From assembly GCA_051294375.1 (NCBI GenBank), contig JBJCIZ010000239.1, positions 3,298,523-3,362,522 of the forward strand: a stretch of DNA of 64,000 bases, read 5' to 3'. Each line of letters starts with the position of its first letter. The first letter of the stretch is position 1. The notes under the pieces are model-generated. The model searched no databases. It had not been told where the DNA came from and saw only the letters and a program-made list of their open reading frames with translations. Positions 12,725-25,511 of the stretch are shown here, in pieces. The translations under genes and the position numbers were made by a program. This DNA comes from Paraspadella gotoi (taxonomy: Eukaryota; Animalia; Chaetognatha).

Positions 12725-15700
12725 TCAATAGAAACGCCGTGGACTTTGACGTTTATATCCTTTGTCTGTTTTCCGGCATCCGGAGACGGCTGTTGATGGT
12801 GCTGGTTGAGGATTTTGCGTGGATTACCCCGTAGGAAGGCTCTTGCGCCCGTTGGAATATCTTTGACTCGATCTTCTTGAAAAGAAAAAAATTCAAAAAT
12901 AATAATAAATTTTTCTAAACATAAGGATCAATATAAATCTTTTCGGACAGAACTGGGCTAACTTGGGCGGCTTGGACGGAATTTCGGCGTTGCCGGACGG
13001 GACGCCGCGACGGTTAGAACCCGGAAGAGTTGGCGTCGCCGTTAATTGGAGTCGCCTCTCGACTTTCCCGACCGATGAAGCGGCACCTTATGCAATAAAT
13101 AACATATATTATCGGTTATAATTTATGTAATATATCATTATATAAACATATAAGGCTACTTCTAAAACCTCTTCGCCCCTCACGTCATTCTTCGGTCGAA
13201 CCGTCTCCCGCGTCCAACGAGCTCCCGCTTCCCGTTCCTCGCCGCTGCTTCTCCATCGATTTTCGTCTGATCCCGTTAGGAACAGGAGGGTCGGCCCCGA
13301 ACGGACGGACCGCCGACGTGTCGGTTTGTCCTCCGGGTGCGGATAAGCGCCGCTGCCGAGCCATTGTTGTTACCGGGGCGTCGCCGGCGGTCGTTCAGTT
13401 TCCGTTGTTACGCAGGCGTTGGCGGTAGGGGAGATGACACCGTCCCGCTGGCTGGAGTCTTTAAGAAGAGAAGAAAGTGCATAATAGAGGGGGGGGGTAA
13501 TGAAGAGAGAGAGAGAAAAAAAAGGAGAGTAATGAAATTTGCGGTCCACATCCTGTCGGGACTCGTGACGGACGGTGTGACTTTCTTCGGAATCGATGGG
13601 CCGTTTCCCGTCCGACGTCGCCAGGCCCCCGCGCCGCCCGAGAAATCCCCTCTCGTGATGCGCTGGGATCAGTTAATGAATTAATTAATGGGATTAAATA
13701 TAACAAACCCCCAACTTCTTGTTTTTATTTAATTGCATCAACTTGATCGACCAATAATCACTTATGTATTATGTAACGGAAAGTATTCGATCACGATTCG
13801 TTACAATAAAAATTGATTAAAAATTTACCGCTTTTCGCGTATTATGTTGTTTTGTGTTGATGTATTCCCGCGTGTAGTTGCCGTTACATACTCGGGCATG
13901 ATTCGGCGCCGGAGGGCCGTGTACTGTAAACGGACCCTCGTCCGCCTCCACCTCCCGATTCGTAAGCCGCCGCCCCGCCCTCGTCCCGCGACCCCGCGTC
14001 GCCCCGCATTCCTCGGCCGCCTCAGAAACTCGCCTCCGGCCGCCTCCTGATTACTCGCCGCCGCCCCGCCCGCATTCCACGGCTCCAATCGACGATGTAT
14101 TCAACGAAGTTCATTGCTGTCCGACTGGTAACCTCCCTCATTCGGTCTGTTTAGATTTTTATAGGGGGAAAAGGGGATTGCTGATGATGTTTCCAAATTA
14201 ATAAAAATATCTTAGAATGTATACATTTATCGAAATATCACTAATTAGGCGGCGAATCATCACAATTTTTTTAATTCGTTTGTGATTCTGTCACCGAGTC
14301 GGCTGTACCTCCCGGCCCCGGTAATAGCCCGTAGTGTTGCGTTCCTTGTCAAACTCCCTTCAACTGTTCCGCCCAGTTGCGGCTTCGCTCGGCTCTCTTC
14401 TCTCTCCCGCATCAGTTTTGCACTTCGTCTTGATAATTAGGCAAAGACAAAAAAAAAAAACCAAACAAAAAAAAAACTCAAATTAGAAGAGAGAAACTGG
14501 AAAACGTTGATGTTAATAAAGCCGTGTTCAATGCAATTGCTACGGGCTATTTAATGTTAAAACAAATCAGAACCAGCAATGCAAAAAAACGAAACGAAAT
14601 ATTAAAAAAAAAAAAGTTTAAATTAATACAACTAAATTTGAAAACAAGTTACCGACTTAAATAACTACTAATTGATCATGTTTTTGAAGAGGTTTTTTTT
14701 TTAGGGCAGGATCACAGAAGCTTGTAATTAGGGGGGATATATATTCGATACATTATGTGCCGAGCCCGTCGATAAAAAAAAGGATATATAAAACCACGGC
14801 AAAAAAAAAAAAAAAGAAAAAAAAAGACTGCCACAGATTGCGCCGTTTGGCGGGTGTCATTATTAACGACGAAGCGACGCGCAGGTCTTCGCCACCGAAA
14901 TCCGTCGCCGCCGCAATCTTTCACGCGAGTCTCGCGGTCAACAGCTCACCGGCGAGAGGCACTCGACCTTTTCCGCCGGAACTCGCGTCGACGCCACCGA
15001 CGTCTGGCGAGCTTGGCGTCGTGGCCACGCCTTCCGCCCGCATGACCTTCGCGCAAGGATTACCTCGCGACTCGGGCGGCCCCTGGGAACGTTCCGTAAT
15101 AATTCTCTTCCAGCGGACGGACTCTGCTTCCGTTCGCGGAGCCGAAGCGGCCGGAAAACCGTCGTCTTCGTCATTTCGCCTCGTTTTCGCGCCTGCGATT
15201 CCGGTTGGAAGCACGGGACGGCCGCCGAGGCGCTACGGCGGCCGTTCCGCCCCACTGCCCAGGGGTTGGACGCCGGCTATCGCGCCGAGTTAGGAATACG
15301 AGACCGCGTGCGGGAGGGACCCGGCTCATGATGTGGCGTCCGTTGCGGGTTTTTTATTTGATAATCAGTAAAAAGTTGTCTGTAGCGCCGTAATTCAAAG
15401 CGCATGTTACTTCAAAATATTTCTAGGCCAAAGTCAACACTGAAAAAGTCGACCTTCAAAAGAACAAACCGCAGTTTACAAACGGCGTCGCTCAACGAAA
15501 GGCATGAGCTGCGGCAGCACCATGGCGACCACAAAACAGAACGGAGGACAAAACACCATGCAAACGAAAAGACGCCAACGTTCGGGAAAAGTCATCTCGA
15601 TGTTTGACGGCGTCGACGGTCTTGACGTGGTCGTCATACGAAGTCGCAAAGAATCAGGTCGTGGCGTCTTCGTCAGTTTCGGACTGGGCAGCCGTTGAGG

Positions 15701-18112
15701 GAGCGATGCAAGAGTTCGCTGCTTTCATAGTTAAATTTGTTTCGTTTGCTGTTGTTTTTTAGGTTGTTTTTGCTTGCAAGTTCGATCGTTATCGTAGCTT
15801 GTCTGAGTTGTTGCTTTTGTTATTTCTTGTTCCAGTTGATATTTTCGTGCGGCCGATATGCCGTATCGGAGACGAACGTAATCAAGTGATCAAGGAAAGA
15901 ATCGCGATTCAAAATCATCATTAACGAAGTAACTGTTCGTTGTTTCCAAGTCGCGTTGCCATTTTCGAGTTCGAAGCGCTGCACTTTTCGAGGGTAGCCA
16001 ATGATGGCGCCAATATCCGGTCAATATTGATCGATGACGGTTTAGCTTATTTTTAAAATTTTCAGACGCAACAAGCAAGTCGTTCGAACTGCGGAAAGCT
16101 GAGTCCATCCAACGTTTTATCCCCAAACGTGCGAATATTTGTATCATTTTAATAACCAACTGCTTAATGAAGATTCAATCAACACTTAAGCCTTACGTAT
16201 TTGGAGAGTAGAAACGTTCAACTGTACAAAATAATCTTCGTATCGGGAGATGAAATTAATTGGCGAACGGACGTCATCGTCAAAGCTTTCCACATCATCG
16301 CTTAAAGTTATCCATTTCAGAAAAAAATTGATCAAGAATACTAATAAAAAAATATTCTTAGGGGACAACGCATGAGCAAGAATTTTTCTTCATTTTGCTT
16401 CACTACAACTAAAACAATACAATTGGATTTCATGCGTTTCCAAAACATCAGACGAGGGGAAGAAACAAAAATGGTCGATACAGGAATGGAGACGAAATAA
16501 AAAAAAAAAAACCTGTAAAAAATTTGTTCTCTCTGCCACAGAGGGCGTTCTACGCGTCTAAAAACGTTTCTTCTCGTTTGCGCTGTCAAGGTAAGTGGCG
16601 GAGGAGAGAAGGCTTCCCCCGTATTGTCCTCTATTTGCCTAGCGACTCGTCCTTTACGGTTGAGCGAAGAAATCGCGTTAGTTAAAATCGGCAAATACTA
16701 GCGGCGTTGAACTGATTTTTCCGCAATTCTTCTCGGACCGAAAAAAAACTCCTTACCATCGTGCAATGCGTTCTCGTTGCACAGATTTCGATCTCTGCGA
16801 GGCGTCGGCTTGGTGGGCTGGCGGCGGCAAGCGTCGCGACGCCTCGTTTGCCGCCGCCGCCTCGGGACCGTCGAACTTTCTTGGTCACCGTGAGTCGAAG
16901 ATTGGTTGGCGGGCTTTGCGGATTTTGCTGACCCTCGACCGCCGCGGTGTGGTAAAGGGCTTTCCCTTGGGACCGACGACAGTAAAAGCGGAGTTCCTTT
17001 CGCGAGAACCACCGTTCAGGCGTTGTTCCCGGGCCCCTTTCGTTTCGGAACACAACGAAGAATTTTTTGGCGAGAGAGTAAGAAAAAATATTAAAAGGCT
17101 TCAGAAAATTTGACTTTTGACATCAACATCCACCGTATAAAAAAAAAAAAAAGCTGGGTAAAAGCATTTTTGTTTTCGCCACCGCCAGGATATGACAAAA
17201 ATAAATCATCAGCTATTAAAAAGGGATAATAAGCTAATTTCGAGTAGTTTGAAAAAAAAATAAACTTAGCAGGACTAAAAAGCGATTAAAACAATTCATT
17301 CTGTTCTCACTTCACCACGTTCCGCTGCTGGCTCTTTGCTTCTCCTTCAACAGGCGCGTCATTTTCTAAAACGAAAAAATTCAGTCAGTGAAACCAGAAC
17401 GAGTTCATCTATAAAAACCGCACAGAGGGCGCATATTGTTATCGCAGCAGTAAAAGGAGCAAGGAAAAAAAAAAAATAAAAAAAAACGAATATTTATTAG
17501 TTTTTTGGCAAGAACTGGAATGATAAAAAGTAATGGGATAGTTCCATGACGTAGACACTCACCCTGCGTTGAGCTGTTCGCCCTGGGTTCGCTGGGAATT
17601 CGGCCGCGGTTGGCGGGATTGCGCGCGCCGCGATTGTAGGCCGGCTCTCGCCGCGTCCAGCGACCGGGCCTCGACCGCCACCTTAGTCCGCAAAACGATC
17701 TGTCAGGTATCTGGCCAAATGAAAAATCGTTACACAGCCGCGTTGTTAGCATTAACTTACCCGAGGTTTTATAAATTCCCAAGGTAATTTTTTTTTTCCG
17801 GACATTTTCCGCATCGTTAACGACCTCACCTGTAGCCCTCCGCGCTGAGAGGTTAATGACTGCGTTCCGCGGTCGAGGTTCCGTTCCTCAAGATTCCGAT
17901 CTGGCGTTTACGATCTTCCAGATTTTGTTCTCGTAGAGACTCCACTTCCTAAAAAAATAGACACGAAAGCATTGGGAATAACTCCGTAATTAGGCAAAGC
18001 GCGAATTCTGTTAAACCTTGAGATGGGGCGAGATGATATTCGAGAAGAACATTGAGGCATTTTGAATGTTCTCTCGCGTGCCCCGACGAGATGAACGAAC
18101 CGTCCGGAACCT
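12725..18112 (-). pseudogene. Duplicate of the FMR1/FXR 3' half (KH2 end to C-terminus), indel-ridden
   Basis: Collinear with 27532-32581. Has no 5' exons and breaks at the (GA)n tract at about 18130. Confidence 0.75.
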
Positions 18113-18131
18113 ACGGAATGGAGATCTCTCT

Positions 18132-18170
<39 letters not shown>

Positions 18171-18768
18171 CCCGTCTGGTCACGCCGGGAAGCCCCGGAC
18201 TGGCATAGTTTCATTTTTATTCAGGAATCGCGTGGCAAAAGACCATTTGTGAATGAAACCGAAGGGGAAATAAAAAAAACCGGGAGTTTATTTCTCAAAA
18301 TCTGACGATTATATCTCTTCGAGGTCCCCGGGATCATCATCCCGGATGGAAATAGGCAATTCGGAATTTGAATAATATCCCGGGCTACGTTGATAGAAAA
18401 CCGAGGTCATTAATTTCTGGAAAATTTATTGTAGCCATAACGACTTCGCCGTATTGGGCAAAGATTTTGTTTGGTTAATGAAAATTTTAGAAAATCCAAA
18501 GATGTGTCCTAAAATGAAAGGATTATCTTTGAATTAACGTCAATTCTTTGAAAAGCAGTCAACGCGCAAGTTCTCTATTTCCGTTCGTCTGCATCGAAAT
18601 ATGCCTTTCTGACTTCCTCACTCACTTCCTTAATTTTTCTGTTCAAAGTTTAAATAAAATTATTGCAACTGACGTTAAGAAGAGACATTTAAAAAAAAAA
18701 AACTTTATTTTTTTTCATGTTCTCGCCACGAGGGGATCATCAATAGATTTGTTCATAATTAATAACTT

Positions 18769-18935
18769 GGTAAAATTTTACTTTCGCCGACCGGGGTTTT
18801 GGCGTCTTTTGAAAAACTTAAAATACTTATTAAAAATTTAAAAAAAAATAATACCTAATTACCCTACCCTGTTAACCCTAACCACTCCTAACCCTAAACC
18901 CCCCCTAACCCCGGTTGGCGAAAGTAAATTTATAC
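18769..18935. mobile_element. MITE-like element with internal telomere-like repeats
   Basis: TIR aaattttactttcgccgaccgggg ... ccccggttggcgaaagtaaattt, with internal taaccctaac / accctaaacc. Confidence 0.75.
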
Positions 18936-20465
18936 TTTTTTAAAAGAAAAGAACAAGAGCATCTTAAAAGAGAAAAAAACGACTTGTCAAAAGCCGCCCG
19001 ATCAAATCCAAATGGCGGCGGACAAAGAAAGAGGGTTTTTGTTCTCCACACAAAAATCGTATCTGATTTACATGCCAAATCGATTAAGCGACACGGCGAC
19101 AGAGACTGGCGCCGATCTGGCTACGTCATCCTTTCGTCTCGCTCTCTTGTCATCTTTTNNNNNNNNNNNNNNNNNNNNNNNNNNNNNNNNNNNNNNNNNN
19201 NNNNNNNNNNNNNNNNNNNNNNNNNNNNNNNNNNNNNNNNNNNNNNNNNNNNNNNNNNNNNNNNNNNNNNNNNNNNNNNNNNNNNNNNNNNNNNNNNNNN
19301 NNNNNNNNNNNNNNNNNNNNNNNNNNNNNNNNNNNNNNNNNNNNNNNNNNNNNNNNNNNNNNNNNNNNNNNNNNNNNNNNNNNNNNNNNNNNNNNNNNNN
19401 NNNNNNNNNNNNNNNNNNNNNNNNNNNNNNNNNNNNNNNNNNNNNNNNNNNNNNNNNNNNNNNNNNNNNNNNNNNNNNNNNNNNNNNNNNNNNNNNNNNN
19501 NNNNNNNNNNNNNNNNNNNNNNNNNNNNNNNNNNNNNNNNNNNNNNNNNNNNNNNNNNNNNNNNNNNNNNNNNNNNNNNNNNNNNNNNNNNNNNNNNNNN
19601 NNNNNNNNNNNNNNNNNNNNNNNNNNNNNNNNNNNNNNNNNNNNNNNNNNNNNNNNNNNNNNNNNNNNNNNNNNNNNNNNNNNNNNNNNNNNNNNNNNNN
19701 NNNNNNNNNNNNNNNNNNNNNNNNNNNNNNNNNNNNNNNNNNNNNNNNNNNNNNNNNNNNNNNNNNNNNNNNNNNNNNNNNNNNNNNNNNNNNNNNNNNN
19801 NNNNNNNNNNNNNNNNNNNNNNNNNNNNNNNNNNNNNNNTTTTGTTTTCGAAAGAAATAACATGACGCAAACTCAACGAAAATTTCGACAAGATTCAAAG
19901 TAGGACGAGGAGCACGCATTCACGAACTTTTCCTCGTGGGTCAAATCGAAATACATACGAGCATTCAAAAAATTTGCATGCACTTCAACAGATAATTCGT
20001 TATCGGGCCATGGCCTATCATTTTTTTCGGTCCTACCTCGGCGATTAAAACTTTCTGAGTACTTTCTTCGTCAACCCACACAAAAAAATCAGCCGCCGCT
20101 AAGACCCAATCTCCAACGCCTAATCCTAACCCTTTTTTCACGGAGGACGGATCAGCCCTTACCCAATTTAAACCAACCATGCAAGCAGCGGCCTTACCTC
20201 TTGGAATCCGCCTCTTCGATCGTTTTGTCATGCATCTTCTCCTACGAACGTCCGCCCGTCGTCCCCAGAGTGCCGACTCTTCATCCCCGTCCGACGTCAA
20301 GACGGCCGAGGCGATTCTCTCGCGTCCCGCGTCGTGGACAACGAGACTTAATTTTTTTTTTTACAACTTTTTTTTCTCGGCAAAAACGAGGAAAGGTTAT
20401 TTCTTAACTTCAGCCATATTGGACTGTATTTGAGGAAATCAAAAAAAATAGGAAGATACTATTGA

Positions 20466-23400
20466 GTAACGAACCAACTCACGATTCTCGTTTCCTTTTT
20501 TTGAAGTTTTCCGGGCATATGAGACATTAGAACATCCAATGATTGGATAAAATGAAAGATAGTATCTTCCTATTTTTTTTGATTTCCTCAAATACAGTCC
20601 AATATGGCTGAAGTTAAGAAATAACCTTTCCTCGTTTTTGCCGAGAAAAAAAAGTTGTAAAAAAAAAATTAAGTCTCGTTGTCCACGACGCGGGACGCGA
20701 GAGAATCGCCTCGGCCGTCTTGACGTCGGACGGGGATGAAGAGTCGGCACTCTGGGACGAACGGGCGGACGTGACTCGTAGGAGAGATCATGACAAAACG
20801 ATGGAAGAGGCGGATTCCAAGAGGTAAGGCGCTGCTTGCATGGTGGTTTAAATTGGGTAAGGGCTGATCCGTCTCCGTGAAAATAGGGTTAGGATTAGCG
20901 TTGGAGATTGGGTCTTAGCGGCGGCTGATTTTTTGTGTGGTGTTGACGAAGAAAGTACTCAGAAAGTTTTAATCGCCGAGGTAGGACCGAAAAAAATGAT
21001 AGGCCATGGCCCGATAATGAATTATCTGTTAAAATGCATGCAAAATTTTTTTGAATGCTCGTATGTATTCGATTTGACCCACGAGGAAAAGTTCGTGAAT
21101 GCGTGCTCCTCGTCCTACTTTGAATCTTGTCGAAATTTTCGTTGAGTTTGCGTCATGTTATTTCTTTCGAAAACAAAATCAGAGCGTGGCTCGCGGGAAA
21201 ATCGATCCGATGGTCCCGCTGAGGCTTTTGAAGAAATCACGAGTCGAGCGCGTGAAAAGCGAACTCTCGCGATTATAAAATTTATCCTTCTAGGATCAGC
21301 TGAAGACGAAATTCGTCGAACCACTCACAACCGGTCCGTCGAAAAAAACAGAACCACGAGTTGATTGAAACCGGGATGATTTTGCAATGTCGACGAATAA
21401 TTTCGATTTACATTTGTTGATATTGGCCGTGCTCGTCTTTGTCGAGAATTTAAACGCGTCCGAATCCCTTTGCTATATTGCCTATGAACTCTGTTGCTAC
21501 GCTTGTAAATTATCAGTTTGCTCTGGACAAGAGGGCTCCCGCTCCGGAGTGGACGACCGGTTTGAACCAGAATTGAATGATCGTGGGGGCGAGACTCGAT
21601 CCTCCAGAAGAAAAAAAAATCGAGGGGAAAAAAATAAGATCGAACTTGAAGGTGACTGGCCCGAGTTCGTGCAATTNNNNNNNNNNNNNNNNNNNNNNNN
21701 NGCTATCTTTAGAAAACGTTTTGGGCTTTAAGGGGACATGCATGGCAACGGGTTGCCTGAGATGCCCATTGGGATAGGGCATCTCACTGTTGGCTTTGGG
21801 GGCTTCCGACCCTCAGTGACGCATCCAGTCACTGGCGCGGTTACCCTAGGACGGTCTCGCTTTGCCAACGCAGAGGGAAGTTGTTAGGACTGTGGATGGA
21901 ACGCAACGCCTGGGATGGCGTGTTCCCCCTTTGAGTCAATGGTATTGGCTGAACGATGGTGGACGTGAGGCAGTGTGAATATACCACCACAACATAACGT
22001 TTAACTTTGACCAGTTGACAATGGAGTCGGCGATGGCGAGTCCCGTGATGATTCGCGTCTTGACGAGATCGAAGGGTTGAAACATGAGAGTGGAGGTGAA
22101 ACCCGACAGCGAAACCGGACAGGAAAGACTTGATCACGGGACTCGCCATCGCCGACTCCATTGTCAACTGGTCCAAGTTAAACGTTATGTTGTGGCGGTA
22201 TATTTCACACTGGCCTCACCTCCACCATCGTTCAGCCAATACCATTGACTCAAAGGGGGAACACGCCATCCAGGGTTGTGTTCCATCCACAGTCCTAACG
22301 GCTTCCCTCTCCGTTGGCAAAGCGAGACCGTCCTAGGGTAACCGCGCCAGTGACTGGATGCTTCACTGAGGGTCGGAAGCCCCCAAAGCCAACAGTGAGA
22401 TGCCCTATCCCAAGGGCATCGCAGGCAACCCTGCCGTTGCCATACATGTCCTATTCATGTCCCCGCATGTCCCCTTAAAGCCCAAAACGTTTTCTAAAGA
22501 TAGCTGCGTAAACGAACCCAACTCACGATTCTCGTTTCCTTTTTTTGAAGTTTTCCGGGCATATGAGACATTAGAACATCCAATGATTGGATAAAATGAA
22601 AGATAGTATCTTCCTATTTTTTTTGATTTCCTCAAATACAGTCCAATATGGCTGAAGTTAAGAAATAACCTTTCCTCGTTTTTGCCGAGAAAAAAAAGTT
22701 GTAAAAAAAAAATTAAGTCTCGTTGTCCACGACGCGGGACGCGAGAGAATCGCCTCGGCCGTCTTGACGTCGGACGGGGATGAAGAGTCGGCACTCTGGG
22801 ACGAACGGGCGGACGTGACTCGTAGGAGAGATCATGACAAAACGATGGAAGAGGCGGATTCCAAGAGGTAAGGCGCTGCTTGCATGGTGGTTTAAATTGG
22901 GTAAGGGCTGATCCGTCTCCGTGAAAATAGGGTTAGGATTAGCGTTGGAGATTGGGTCTTAGCGGCGGCTGATTTTTTGTGTGGTGTTGACGAAGAAAGT
23001 ACTCAGAAAGTTTTAATCGCCGAGGTAGGACCGAAAAAAATGATAGGCCATGGCCCGATAATGAATTATCTGTTAAAATGCATGCAAAATTTTTTTGAAT
23101 GCTCGTATGTATTCGATTTGACCCACGAGGAAAAGTTCGTGAATGCGTGCTCCTCGTCCTACTTTGAATCTTGTCGAAATTTTCGTTGAGTTTGCGTCAT
23201 GTTATTTCTTTCGAAAACAAAATCAGAGCGTGGCTCGCGGGAAAATCGATCCGATGGTCCCGCTGAGGCTTTTGAAGAAATCACGAGTCGAGCGCGTGAA
23301 AAGCGAACTCTCGCGATTATAAAATTTATCCTTCTAGGATCAGCTGAAGACGAAATTCGTCGAACCACTCACAACCGGTCCGTCGAAAAAAACAGAACCA

Positions 23401-23720
23401 CGAGTTGATTGAAACCGGGATGATTTTGCAATGTCGACGAATAATTTCGATTTACATTTGTTGATATTGGCCGTGCTCGTCTTTGTCGAGAATTTAAACG
23501 CGTCCGAATCCCTTTGCTATATTGCCTATGAACTCTGTTGCTACGCTTGTAAATTATCAGTTTGCTCTGGACAAGAGGGCTCCCGCTCCGGAGTGGACGA
23601 CCGGTTTGAACCAGAATTGAATGATCGTGGGGGCGAGACTCGATCCTCCAGAAGAAAAAAAAATCGAGGGGAAAAAAATAAGATCGAACTTGAAGGTGAC
23701 TGGCCCGAGTTCGTGCAATT
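20466..23720. repeat. Fold-back and exact-duplicate block (inverted copy of about 7000-8730; 20468-21676 repeated at about 22512-23720)
   Basis: Strand switches at about 20465 and 22049. Both repeats end in gtgcaatt followed by a 25-N gap. Confidence 0.85.
22050..22161 (-). other. Inverted 5' part of SLC25A38 exon 1
   Basis: Reads ATG GAG TCG GCG ATG GCG AGT CCC GTG ATC AAG TCT TTC CTG...GATCTCGTCAAGACGCGAAT, the segment missing from copy B before the gap at 23721-23745. Confidence 0.8.
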
Positions 23721-23745
23721 NNNNNNNNNNNNNNNNNNNNNNNNN

Positions 23746-25511
23746 AATTCAAACGGCGAACTTTGCCCATCCCAATCCCTCGTCCTCTCGGCCGCAAGGT
23801 GAGGTGGGGGATTGAAAAAAAAGAATGGAAAAAATAATTTGGATGTAATTGTTATATTTAAATGTCATAAATTTAAGAACCAATTCGTTTTCATAATTTC
23901 ATTTCACTTCGCAATAAAACGTTCACATTTTTCCATTTCGAAATGCCCCGCCCAAAGTTCCGCTCGGCCGCTCGTCCATGATCGGCATCGTCATCGACGT
24001 CGTCCGCACAGAAAAAGTGCGCGGACTTTGGAAAGGCGTGACTCCGTCCGTCGTCCGTACCGTTCCCGGTGTCGGACTCTACTTCGCCATCCTCCACACG
24101 ATGAAGACCAAGTTGGAACTCTCCCAGGTTGGGTATCGGAAAACCTCGGAGCGGATATGGTAACAGTTGATTAGTTTATGATATTATATAGTTTATGAAA
24201 TTGGTGCAACCAATATAAAAATTATCCATTTGACTTTGGACAGGCTTTGGTGGTTTAAGGTCTCCATCACTCTTACAAGATAATGACATAGCAGGTCCCT
24301 GCAACCTTTCAATCAAGACTCTCTCTGTCTCGTTTATTCACTCCCAGAGTTCCTGGCTTCTCAATGAAGTGGAATAATATTTTAAAGAAGGTTTCAATTG
24401 TATGAAAAGTATTAGATCGTGAAATACTATAAGTAAGAGTTTATTTAATAAAAATAAGCGGCAACGTCGTTACCATTTCATCTCTCCCAACATCCCCCCC
24501 CCAATCCTTTCCCAGCCAACGGCATTGCAATCCCTCCTCGTCGGAGCCTCATCCCGCACCATCGCCGGCACCTTGCTTCTTCCCTTCACCGTCGTCAAGG
24601 CTCGGTTCGAGTCGGGCTTCTTCGACTACCGGGGCATCGGCGACGCCCTCGTCGCCATCTATCGGATCGAGGGCGTCAAGGGGCTGTGGTCCGGCCTCTG
24701 CGCCACCGTCTTGAGGGACGCCCCCTTTTCGGGTGAGAAGGGGGAAGACAAAAATAAATTGTATTACCATAAAAAATAATTGCGTCGTTTATTTAATCTC
24801 GATAGAAAGTTAAAACACGATTTTCCGAATTTAATTCGTATTCTTTTAAATTGACAATTCCTGGAACCATATCGGCGGACCATTATTTTTTATTAAACAA
24901 GTTAGAAACGGGAGATGTCGACAGTTATTCAAGAATTTGAGTCCAACATTAATCCTAATCAACCGCCAATTTCCCCCCCCCAGGCCTTTACCTGATGTTC
25001 TACAAACCACGCCAAGAAGTCCGCCTTAGATCCACGCTCGTCGACGCCGCCCCCTCTTCCGGTCCGACCCTTCACTTCCTCTTGCGGCCTTTGGGCCGGA
25101 GTACTGGCTTCCACGGTCACCCAACCGCCGGACGTTATCAAGACGCACATGCAGGTACATTGTGTAGAACGAGTTCGGAAAACGAATGTTGACTTTTCGT
25201 TTTATTCCGTCTTTCCACCGCCACCCTCGCCAAAAGCTTGATCCACGCCGGCACCGAAGGATCAGAGCGACGATAAGGTACATCTACGATAAACACGGCG
25301 CCAAGGGGTTCTTCAGGCGAGTAAATATAAAAATACTTGAGTTAAATCGTTTGAAATAAGATTCCATTTCTTAGTTTCAACTAACGAGTTCCGTTTGTTT
25401 TTTTTCTGTAATCCCAGGGGGCTCTTGCCTCGAACAATGCGACGGACGCTTATGGCGGCGACGGCTTGGACGCTTTACGAACAACTCATGACTTGGGTCG
25501 GACTCAAATGA
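23746..25511 (+). CDS. SLC25A38: Mitochondrial glycine carrier SLC25A38 homolog, copy B (5' end cut by a gap)
   Basis: Exons encode [29 protein letters not shown]; [34 protein letters not shown]...[24 protein letters not shown]; [12 protein letters not shown]; [16 protein letters not shown]...GLK*. These match remembered SLC25A38/Hem25 motifs. Confidence 0.9.

Larger units (their letters stand above)
5700..18125. repeat. About 12.4-kb tandem duplicate (copy A) of 18130-32596
   Basis: Collinear match from gagagaccgccc (about 5725 / 18163) to ctacggaatggagat (18125 / 32596). Copy A is rich in single-base insertions, copy B in deletions. Confidence 0.9.

Noticed and set aside
18915-19919. Long ORFs (237-316 aa) in the ORF track
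   Set aside because: They consist of the N gap (19159-19839) translated as X.
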